Translations under genes and position numbers: made by a program
The notes under the pieces: generated by a model
The model's input: only the letters and a program-made list of their open reading frames with translations
What the model was told of the DNA's origin: nothing
Database searches by the model: none
Shown: piece by piece, positions 53,876 through 64,000 of the stretch
Position numbering within the stretch: position 1 is the first letter of the stretch
Layout: each line of letters begins with the position of its first letter
Assembly (NCBI GenBank): GCA_051313645.2
Contig: JBNRSN020000011.1
Span: 77,500,001-77,564,000 of the forward strand
Origin: Centroscyllium fabricii
Taxonomy: Eukaryota
DNA: 64,000 bases
Direction of reading: 5' to 3'

Positions 53876-54985
53876 CTGAGGGCCGGGAAAGGACATACAA
53901 TGAGCAAGATGAATTTTGTTCACTCTGCAGGCTATACTGTGCAAATATCACTTCAAGTCATGAAAATAGCTGCAGAGATATAATATGCAACGCACAGTTC
54001 AGAACAACTTTTTTTCTGAGGAACTCTTTGTTCTTCCTCCTCAGGTCATACCAAAATACAACTAAGTAGTAGGGAACCAGCTTGCAGCTCACCAGTTTTG
54101 TCACTATTAGCCTCTATGAGAAGCGCTATAGCAGACTGCTAACTTTTGATTTCTTTTTTCTCTCTTCCCCCACCCTGCCTTAGTTGGTGTACCAATGCCT
54201 AGCCGTCACTGGGTTATATCCAGGAGGGGACAATGCCTACCTTTCAATGAACTCTTCTCCACTCCAGTGATGTGGTGAGGTCAGATACTCAGCAGTATTG
54301 AAGAACCGCATGTGCCAGCAATACATACTGGTGCATGTTTTGTATTCTTGAAAATCTTTCCAAATGAACACAACTTCTTTTTGTTCAAAAATGAATGAGT
54401 ACAAACCACTATTACAGGCAATGTAGACTTAAGACAAAATTCTATTTTACAAACACAGAAGTAAAACAGCCCCAAGATATGTAGCACATAAATTGTTGTA
54501 ATCTTCTGTCAGTTTTAATTGCCACTGTTGTGGCACTAAGAAAATTGTACACTCTACTTCTCAAAACTTTCAAGTCCAAATGTGAACTGGGTATCAGCTT
54601 TTAATAAACTGCAATCAGTAGCCGAGGCTGCCCCATAAAGTAGACATTGCTAGAAGGCCAAACTCGCTTTTTCTGATCCCTCCCCATCAAAAGAAAAGTC
54701 CTGAAATAAATGTAGGTTGTGAATCTTGTAAATTTGAAATGTTGTCAATAGAAATTCAGCAGAACTGAACTGATGTCTCTGTTGCCAAAGTGGCAGGTAA
54801 CTGGCTCGCTCACAAACCTGCCAGTAACCCCTTTGACCACCTACTTTGGAGGTGTAACTTAAAAAAAAAATCTCCCTATTTGGTGTGGTGTAGATCGGGA
54901 ACAAGCAGTGATGAACGAACATCTTTTCACTCAACTAAGCATTATAGTCACAGCAGTCAGTGCCACTATAAAGTTATTTTATTAC

Positions 54986-55388
54986 ATAGAAACATAGAAA
55001 CTAGGAGCAGGAGTAGGCCATTCGGCCCTTCGAGCCTGCTCCACCATTCAATGAGATCATGGCTGATCATCCAAACCCAGTACCCCGCCCCTGCCCTCTC
55101 ACCACATCCCTTGATCCCTATCGAGCCTCCATCGACACATATCCCACCCTATCCCCGTAACCCCACATATTTAATCCCCCTAACACTAAGGGTCAATTTA
55201 TACTGGCCAATCAACCTAACCCGCACATCTTTGGACTGTGGGAGGAAACCGGAGCACCCGGAGGAAACCCACGCAGACACGGGGAGAATGTGCAAACTCC
55301 ACACAGATAGTCACCCGAGGCTGGATTTGAACCCGGGTCTCCAGTGCTGTGAAACAACAGTGCTAACCACTGTGCCACCGTGCCGCCC
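54986..55388 (-). mobile_element. HE1-like V-SINE, full length
   Basis: Reverse complement of the 51007 copy; (TTTCTATG)n tail; ATTAC on both flanks. Confidence 0.88.
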
Positions 55389-55627
55389 ATTACGATGCGC
55401 TGAAGATCCCAATTTAGTGTCTGAATAATCTACAGCTTCCACTAGGTCACAACAAGATTGTGCCAGTGCTCTGGCTGATGGCACTGTAAAATCTCTTCAT
55501 ATTTGGAGCATGCATTAAATTTTACTGAATAGAGCAGCACAAACAATGCAATCATCTCAGTAAGGATAAATAGGAGCAGGGATGTTTCACTTTAAAATAT
55601 TGTAAATAAAATTGAATGACATCGCAT

Positions 55628-56010
55628 CTACAGCATAGAAACCGGTCATTTGGCCCCAACTAGTCTATGCCGGTGATTATGATCCACTCGAGCCTCCTCC
55701 CACCCTACCAGCAGATCCTTCTATTCCTTTCTCCCTCATGTGTTTATCTAGCTTCCCCTTAAATGCATCGAAGCTATTTACCTCAACTCCTCCTTGCAGT
55801 AGCACATCCCAGATTCTCACTAATCTTTAGGTAAAGACATTTCTCCTGAATTCCCTATTTGATTTATTAGTGACTATCTTATATTTTATGGCCTCTAGTT
55901 TTGGTCTCCCCCACAAGTGGAAATATTTTCTCCACATCTATCCTATCAAACCCTTCATGATCTAAAAAGACCTCCATCAGGTCACTCCCTCAGCTTTCTC
56001 TTTTCCAGAG
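55628..56010 (-). mobile_element. CR1 LINE 3' fragment (diverged)
   Basis: Reverse-complement similarity to 1430-1640 and other CR1 3' ends. Confidence 0.65.
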
Positions 56011-56299
56011 AATTCTATCCCTATAGAAATGTGGCCTCCTTACTCTTCCTATCAAAATGCACCACCTCACACTTATCTATCTTGAAATTAATTTGTCAAT
56101 TAAAAACCCATCCTGCAAGTTTATTAATGTCTTCCTGTATTTTGTCGCATTCTTCCTTTGCATTAATGACACCTCCACTGATGTGCCATCAATAACTCCC
56201 AAAAGACTAAGAGTTAAACTTATAACAAGTAGGCTTTTATTAACAAAAGAATATGAGCATGCCTCTGCTGGTAGACCGATCCTTAAAGCCAGGGGGATT

Positions 56300-56673
56300 A
56301 CATAGAAACAAGGAGGAGTAGGCCATTCGGCCCTTCGAGCCTGCTCCGCCATTCAATGAGATCATGGCTGATCATCCAAATCCAGTACCCTGTCCCTGCC
56401 TTGTCCCCATATCCCTTGATCCCTATCGAGCCTGCACCGACACATATCCCACCCTATCCCCGTAACCCCACACATTCAACCCCCTAACACTAAGGGTGAA
56501 TTTATCCTGGCCAATCAACCTAACCCGCACACCTTTGGACTGTGGGAGGAAACCGGAGCACCCGGAGGAAACCCACGCAGACACGGGGAGAATGTGCAAA
56601 CTCCACACAGATAGTACCCGAGGCTGGATTTGAACCCGGGTCTCCAGGGCTGTAAGGCAACAGTGCTAACCAC
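56300..56673 (-). mobile_element. HE1-like V-SINE, slightly 5'-truncated
   Basis: Same V-domain and tail. Confidence 0.86.
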
Positions 56674-58035
56674 TTTATACCTGGGCTTAGGGGTGGAGCC
56701 AGCTGAGGCATGCCCAGACATGTTCTGTACAGGCAGATTAGTGGTTTACCACATTCACAATTTGGCATTGTTCAAAAATTTACAAATTGTACTTCCGATT
56801 CCAGACTTAAGAAATTCAAATCTCTGATTAAAGGAAACAGTAAAGACTTACCTACATTGTTGCTGCTTAAAATAATTTGATGCAAATATAAGCAAAGCGA
56901 GGAACATAGGGTGCACTATCTGCATCAATTAACTTGTCATTTCTTACTTTCAATCATTCACAACAATATGCCATTCTTTTCAAGTGCCAGCAAGCTTTTC
57001 TTTTGGCCTCAATAGTCAGTGAAGCCTGTAAATTGGTTCACAGCAATTATTCCCGTCACTGAATTAATGCACAACTTTTCTAACTTCAAAATCTTTTTAA
57101 ACATGGTTGCTAGTGACATGGTTAAATCTAAACCTCATTTGTTATAAAACCACAGTGATCATTTTGGTTGCTAAAGCTAACATTATGTCATTCGGGTCTT
57201 GTCCAGGCCCATGTCTCAATCCCACACACAGAACAGGCACAGTGTTTCTTATTTTGAGATATATATACATGCTCATGTGACAAAGTTTATAAAGATTCTA
57301 TTTTGCTCCATGCCCAATACAGTCACCCTCACAATAAATTCATATCTGATCCAAGCATTGAATTCCAATATAGAACTTTCCATTTCTATAGAACTTCTGA
57401 TCCAAACATTAAATGCTTCCCAATTATGTTTTATTAAAAAGAGATGCAGCGCACAACATAGTCCACAGACAAATGTCAACTTGAGACAGTGAACCATTTT
57501 AATAGCCTATAATCACAGCAGGGTAAAATGTTATAACTTTTTTCTGTTGGTCATGTTTAGGTTGAATTACTGACTGATACAATTAGTTACAATTATGGTA
57601 TGAGAATTTATAAAGTTAATTTCGTGGCAAATCACACATTAATCAGGATTCAACAGTAGTTGAAAACGACCTCTACTTTAAAATATATATATTACAAAAC
57701 AAAAACAATTTGCTGATGGTTTAGTGGCTAAATGCATAATGTGATCCATGCAGTTAGCTGATGTCAGCCAAAGACAAAATTGGGTTCAGGATCTCAGCTA
57801 GAGATGGGGATATTTGGCCAGAATTCCAACTCTTGATCACTATCCAATGACTCCTACAAGTACCTGAACAGTGAAACGCATCAGCTGTGATCAGTTAAAT
57901 AGCCCATGAAGTTCACATATGAAACTTTATTATAACTTTTACAATTACACTAATTCAATGCGAGTGAGATAAATACTCCTATACTTCATTTGCATTTCTT
58001 TAATTAGAATGGCTGTAACTCTTTTCTACTACGTC

Positions 58036-58072
58036 AGTTCTGACAAAAGGTCATCGACCTGAAACGTTAACT
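58036..58072 (+). ncRNA. Minimal hammerhead ribozyme-like motif at the start of a Penelope pLTR fragment (to ~58138)
   Basis: AGTT-CTGACAA-A-AGGTC atc GACCT-GAAAC-GTT-AACT; G8 appears lost, probably by CpG decay. Confidence 0.48.
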
Positions 58073-58212
58073 CTGTTTCTCTCTCCACAGATGCTGCCTG
58101 ACCTGCTGCGTATTTCCAGCATTTTCTGTTTTTATTTCTTTTCTACTGGTTGGGTCTGGATGGTTAGAACAGCAGCAGTGGCCTGTGCCTCAAAGTGCAT
58201 ACATAGTCTTAC

Positions 58213-58353
58213 TTAGCCTGATGGTATTCCCAGCTGGACTGTTCAATCCGATTCCGCAGGATGTTAACATCACTCGATAACAAGTCATCCAAGGTCTGAA
58301 GCTCATTTTTGATCTGCTTTAGTTTCACAGTTTCTGCTATGGTTCGTTTAGAC
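58213..58353 (-). CDS. GORAB: GORAB coding exon 4 (141 nt)
   Basis: SKRTIAETVKLKQIKNELQTLDDLLSSDVNILRNRIEQSSWEYHQA; ctag| acceptor, AA|gtaag donor. Confidence 0.95.
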
Positions 58354-58939
58354 CTAGAATGATTATTACTGATCAGAACAGCACAAGCCATATAACCATT
58401 GACAACTTGCCACAACATACTTTAAAAAGAACCCATTTAAACTTAAAACTTTAGATGTAGCTGAAGAATATTTAATGATTGATGCGTATGTAAATTCTTA
58501 AATTTGTTAATGTATAATATGCACTTAACATCACCTCTTAGATCAAAGTAAAATAAACTTGGGTATACAGTCTCTCTTTTCAATTACCCCCTCACCCCCC
58601 CAAAATCTTGGGTAGGCAATGACTCCTTCGCTGAGGTCTGTTCACAGTTGATGATCTCCCTTCCATACCTCACCCAAGTGACCATTATTCATGAATCCTA
58701 ACTGAAAGAACTGGTCGGCTATCTGACTGGACAAAATTGCAGCTTACCCAGATCGTATAAACATGGGGGCTGCTGGATAGTGACCAAATTTTTTTCTTTC
58801 GCTAACCTGGCATCTCCTTCAAATGGCAGTGCTCCAGTGCCATCCAGTTTGCAAACTGATGGGACAAATGTGACAACTTGAGAAATTATAACCTTTCTAA
58901 TGGCTCACAAAGTTTGGTGTAAAATAACTTGTTCAGATA

Positions 58940-59406
58940 CAGGTTCAGCACCGTTAATACGGCACTCTCGGGACCAGGCCAGTGCCGGACCACTGAAAAT
59001 TATGAACCACTGAAGGTTCGGGGGGAGCGCGCGGTAGAACACTCCCCAGAGCGCACGGTAGAACACTCCCAGGGGCCCGGTAGAACACTCCCAGGGGCCC
59101 GGAGCGCGCGGTAGAGCACTCCCTGGGGCCCGGTAGAACACTCCCCGGGGCCCGGAGCGCGCGGTAGAGCACTCCCTGGGGCCTGGAGCGCGCGGTAGAA
59201 CACTCCCCGGGAGGGAGCCCGGGGATAGAACACTTAGAGCCGAAAAAAGAGAAACCCAAACGCCCAACGCCTTCGGGCCTCACTCAACCTTCCCGGGAAA
59301 CGGTGGCGCCACCGAGCGGCTGCTCCGCAAAATGAAGAGCGCCGGTTTCCAATCGTGCCGAACCACTGAAGCTGCCAGACCATCAGGTGCCGGATTACTC
59401 AACCTG
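58940..59406. mobile_element. pogo/Tigger-like MITE containing a GC-rich minisatellite
   Basis: TA|CAGGTTCAGCA...TACTCAACCTG|TA; internal GTAGAACACTCCC-based repeats at 59022-59232. Confidence 0.72.
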
Positions 59407-59495
59407 TATTTGCGCTGAAGGTATACAGTAGCCCCAAAACAAGTGAGGGCTTACCTATTGCATCAACTTATCCTCCTGTTAACAATATTCCATAC

Positions 59496-59597
59496 CTTTC
59501 TGCAATGGCCTTTGACAGAAGTGCTTTCTTGCGTTTATTCTTCTCTTCCATTAATCGCTGTTCCAGCTGCAGCTGTTCCAGACGAGATCTCGCGCGG
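59496..59597 (-). CDS. GORAB: GORAB coding exon 3 (102 nt)
   Basis: Not in ORF track; RARSRLEQLQLEQRLMEEKNKRKKALLSKAIAER; ccatag| acceptor, AG|gtatgg donor. Confidence 0.94.
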
Positions 59598-60097
59598 CTA
59601 TGGAGAAACAATCACATTAAAGAAACACTATAGAGTCAATTTAATCGATTTTTCCTTTCGTTTCTATGAGCTGACTTAGTCAGCAGCTCGCTAATAATGT
59701 TATTATGTTGAGCAACAGATTGCGCACTGGTTAAATAGAAAAGTAGAAATTGCAAATACGGCTTTGTTTCAAGTTCATGGGAAGATTCGGACACGTCTTT
59801 TTTTTTTTTTTTTTTTTTTTTAAAAGAGATGTTGACTGACCTGTTGTGTATTTCCAGCATTTTTGCTTTTACTCCAAACTGTTCAGGTATTGCTTTGGAA
59901 GTTTGTGCCACCTCCCACTCAATTAAAATATTTAAATAACTGAGACTGCTAACAGCTTTAACAACTTGTGGTTTATTTGGTTTGGATTGATTTATTGGAA
60001 GTTATGGTGCTGACAGGTTAGCAGGCTGGTGCATCAATGTGTTATGTTGGAGTGGCATAATGCAGATAATTGAGTCATATTTGGCACAAAGAATTAG

Positions 60098-60512
60098 AAT
60101 CATAGAAGATAGGAGCAGGAGTAGGCCATTCAGCCCTTCGAGCCTGCTCCGCCATTCAATGAGATCATGGCTGATCTTTAGCAAGCTAGTACCCTGTCCC
60201 CGCCTTTTCTCCGTAACCTTTAATCCCTTTAGCTTGAAGAAATATATCCAATTCCCTCTTGAATATGTTTAATGAACTGGCCTCCACCGCCCTCTGTGGC
60301 AAGGAATTCCACAGGCCCACCACTCTCTGAGTGAAGAAATTCTTCCTCATGTCTGTCCTAAATGGTTTACCCCTTATTCTTAGACCGTGGCCCCTGGTTC
60401 TGGACTCCCCCGCCATTGGAAACATTCTCTCTGAATCTAACCTGTCCAGACCTTTCAGAATTTTATACGTCTCAATGAGATCGCCTCCCAATCTTCTAAA
60501 CTCCAACGAGTT
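60098..60512 (-). mobile_element. CR1 LINE 3' fragment
   Basis: EFRRLGGDLIETYKIL...FFTQRVVGLWNSLP plus 3' UTR. Confidence 0.9.
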
Positions 60513-61705
60513 TAATTAATTAAACAATAATTCAAATTAAGCAAAGTAAATAACAGGAAAATGGGCATTTAATGCTAACATTTAATTATTCATATAATAT
60601 GAATTAAACAGCATTGAACTAAGAGTAGTGCTTATTATTCATCAGAGTTGTTGAGACCAATAATTTGCTATACTGGGGATGCATCAAGCAGGGCAGAGTC
60701 CTCGGAGAAGGGACAGGGAGTTGCCAATGAATAGGCATGTGTATTACAGTGTCACTGGCAGAAGCTTTTTTTATTGATTTTTTGTTGAGGGAATAGAGTG
60801 GCCAATGCTGGGGAATGTAAAATGCTTTTCCACTTTGGGCAGCCATGGTCTATATCAACAAATCCCAGGTCAAGTCCAGAGCAACACACCTGGTGCTCTA
60901 CCCGAACAAATGTGCCTTATCCTTAGTCTTAGAAATAATTCCCTCCTATATCAGTATTGGTTCTCTTTTTCCTTTTGTTATACTAGCCTTTCTTATGGCC
61001 TCTCAGAGCAAGAATGTCAATGAGTCTGAGAAAGGATAGTGCTCTAATTCAGTAATGGTTGTTATCTACCAATTTTGGAACATTCTTACAACTGCACAAA
61101 AATAATGCAAGCATCTGCTTGCTCAGGAACATCTACTAGTGTCTGAAGGAAGAAATAAAATATACAAAAAGAAAACACTCATATGCATCGACAGATAGCT
61201 GCAGTAGAAGAGTGTTGGCCCCACATTCAGAATCTGACTGGGGTGGGGTAGAAAGAGACAGAGAAAGAAGGGAGAGCACACTTGTACTGTACTCAAAATA
61301 GATAAGAGCAATATACTGTGGAGTACCGTATAAAGAAATTGTACAGTACTACAAGTAAATTGCATTGGCCCAAGCAAAGCCACTGCACAGTAAAAGGCTG
61401 GACTTAAATTGCTAGTCCCAAATGTGTTTGATCCGGACTGATTCAGATCAGTATTACATTCATTTATCTCAGGAAGCACTTCTTAATGGTATGGAGGGCA
61501 AAATTACTTTGCTACAACTGAGCGCATAGTAAATTCCATTAGCAGAAAACTCTCACTTTGAAATTCTTCCATTTCCTCCCTTGGCCATGCAGCTGCTATG
61601 GCAATGGCCTTCTCTTTGGTCTCCACCAATGCAGCTGAGCCAAGAGGTACACCAGAGTGGTATGGGGACCAACAACACCCCCCTCCCCAATTTTCTCTTC
61701 CCACA

Positions 61706-62060
61706 TAGAAGATTACAGGGTGATCTAAATGAAGCGTTTATGATGAAAGGATTTGAGAGGGTAGATAGAGTGAAACTATATCCTCTGGTGGGAGAGTCCA
61801 GAACAAGGGGCCATAACCTTAAAATTAGAGCGCGGCCATTCAAGGGTGACGTCAGGAGGCACTTTTTTATGCAAAGGGCGGTAAAAGTTTGGAACTTTCC
61901 CCCAAAAAGCTGTTTACGCTAGATCAATTCAACATTTCAAAACTAAGATTGAGATATGTTAGGTAAGGGTATTAAGGCATGTGGAACCAAATGGAGTCAA
62001 GATACAGATCAGCCATGATCTAATTGAAAGGCAGAATAGGCTCCAGGGGCTGAATGCTAT
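61706..62060 (+). mobile_element. CR1 LINE 3' fragment (older)
   Basis: RRLQGDLNEAF...ESRTRGHNLKIR...VWNFP. Confidence 0.8.
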
Positions 62061-62218
62061 GTTGGAAAATTAAGCTTGCATCCTGTCTCACTCCGATGCC
62101 ATTGATTACTCTTCCAAGGACTGTGCTGCATAGAATCGCTCTAATACTAAGATGGCAGCTTGAATAACTGACCAGTGTTTCCAAGGGTTCTTTTTAAATT
62201 ATTTCTAAACTTACTAAC

Positions 62219-62603
62219 AATTCCACCCCTTTGATCTGTTCTGTTGATAACTCTTTAACTGAGGAATCCTGGAATGTAAACGATGCTTTGGCTCCAGGTT
62301 TGTCGGTTTCTTTCTGGTGGTTTACTCCAGTTTTAGTTGGTTGTTTTTCAGCCGGTTGTTTTTCAGCCACTTGCAGGGCCTGCTTTGGCCCTGGCTCGGG
62401 TGATGGTGTCTCTGTGGCTTGTGGAGATCTCATCTTGGGTTTGGACAGTTGCTGCTCTGGAAGGGTAAAAGCAACTCTATTCTGCTCAATTGTCCTGCGG
62501 CTATATTGCTGCTGCAACGCTCTTTCCCTCTGGAGCTGCTGACGACTTTTGTTTGTTGATGGTGCTCGTTTAAATCTTTCTGGCTTTTCTGAGACCAACG
62601 GAT
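62219..62603 (-). CDS. GORAB: GORAB coding exon 2 (385 nt)
   Basis: tttgcag|AT acceptor; KSRQQLQRERAL...LPEQQLSKPK resembles GORAB; TT|gttagt donor gives the phase 2 required by the next exon. Confidence 0.88.
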
Positions 62604-62805
62604 CTGCAAATAATTAAATAATGTTTTAAAACATATTTATTCCACCAAAAACACCTGTGGCCGAAAGTGGGTGATCTACTCACAGGCCTCTGTTGATGCC
62701 ATCTGACTAATCCCAAGGACAATGCTTACTCTCTATACAAGACTTACTACTGGAGTAAGGTACTGTGTTGCCACACTTCATGGCACCAACACATTACACT
62801 TTAAA

Positions 62806-62977
62806 CGGGGATAGGGTGGGGATATGTGTTGATGCAGGTTCGATAGGGATCGAGGGATATGGGGAGAGGGCAGGGGCGGGATACTGGGTTTGGATGATCA
62901 GCCATGATCTCATTGAATGGCGGAGTAGGCTCGAAGGGCCGAATGGCCTACTCCTGCTCCTAGTTTCTATGTTTCTA
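62806..62977 (+). mobile_element. HE1-like SINE 3' half
   Basis: Matches 51238-51402. Confidence 0.8.
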
Positions 62978-63106
62978 CCGTGATCGTCCATCATTCCTAA
63001 AATATTGGTCATGCAGTATCTAGAAACATTGGAACAGCTCCTGGAATATATATGCACCCAATGCAACCAGTCCCAAACAGATCAAAGACAAGCAAGACAC
63101 AGAGTA

Positions 63107-64000
63107 ACATAGAAGGTAGGAGCAGGAGTAGGCCATTTGGCCCTTTGAGCCTGCTCCGCCATTCAATCAGATCATGACTGATCTTTCAGATTCAGTACCC
63201 TGTCCCTGCCTTCTCCCCATATCCCTTGATCCCTTCAGCCTGAAGAAATATATCCAACTCCTTCTTGAATATATTTATTGAACCGGCCTCCACCGCCCTC
63301 TGTGGCAGGGAATTCCACAAGTTCACCACTCTCTGGTGAAGAAATTGCCCCTCATCTCAGTCCTAAATGGCTTTCCCCTTATCCTTAGACTATGGACCCT
63401 GGTTCTGGACTCCCCTTTCATCGGAAACATCCTTCCTGCATCCAGTCTGTCCAGGCCTGACAGAATTTTATAGGTTTCGTTGAGATCCCCTCTCAATCGT
63501 CTGAACTCCAGTGAGTATAAGCCCAATCGACTCAATCTCTCCCCATACGTCATTCCTGCCATCCCAGGTATCAGCCTGGTGAATCTTCGCTGCACTCCTT
63601 CAATGGCAAGAACGTCCTCCCTCAGATGAGGCGACCAAAACTGCACACAATACTCGAAGTGTGGTCTCACCAAGGTCCTGTAGAGCTGCAGCAAGACAGC
63701 CTTGTTCTTATATTCGAACCCTCTCGCTACGAAGGCCAACATACTATTTGCCTTCTTAACCGCCTGTTGCACCTGCATGCTTACCTTCAGTGACTGGTGC
63801 ACAAGAACACCCAGGTCTCTCTGCACTTCCCCATCTCCCAATCTATTGCCATTCAAATAATAATCTGCCCTCGTGTTTTTGCCACCAAAGTGGATAACCT
63901 CACATTTATCCACATTATAGTGTATTTGCCATGTATCTGCCCAATCCCCCAACCTGTCCAAATCGCATTGGAGTTTCTCGACATCCTCCTCACAGCATAC
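63107..64000 (-). mobile_element. CR1-clade (HER1-like) LINE 3' portion, runs off the window
   Basis: RT C-terminal ORF NVDKCEVIHFG...LYRTLVRPHFEYCVQFWSP...LYSLEFRRLRGDL; 3' UTR shared with the SINE tail. Confidence 0.93.

Noticed and set aside
54790-55428. 212-aa ORF
   Set aside because: Read-through of an antisense SINE

Overview
Vertebrate genomic DNA, most likely from a shark or ray, judged by HE1/V-SINE plus CR1 (HER1-type) repeats; the species cannot be determined. Two spliced genes lie on the minus strand in the same order as in human. PRRX1 is complete: 4 coding exons (26869->3046), 246 aa, paired-type homeodomain and OAR domain. GORAB is represented by exons 2-5 (62603->53413); exon 1 is beyond the right edge. 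Between them is a Ty3/Gypsy LTR retrotransposon (41360-46619) with both LTRs, a CATA target-site duplication, a tRNA-Pro PBS and a PNMA-like Gag, but with RT/RNase H deleted. PRRX1 intron 3 holds a Penelope-like element, several MITEs and a probable solo LTR containing a 66-bp tandem array. The most unusual signal is a family of Penelope-derived repeats carrying minimal hammerhead-ribozyme motifs with covarying stems, including a back-to-back inverted pair (39550-39774) and one copy split by a MITE. Most ORFs in the supplied track are spurious. All family assignments are from recognition by eye, not database searches.
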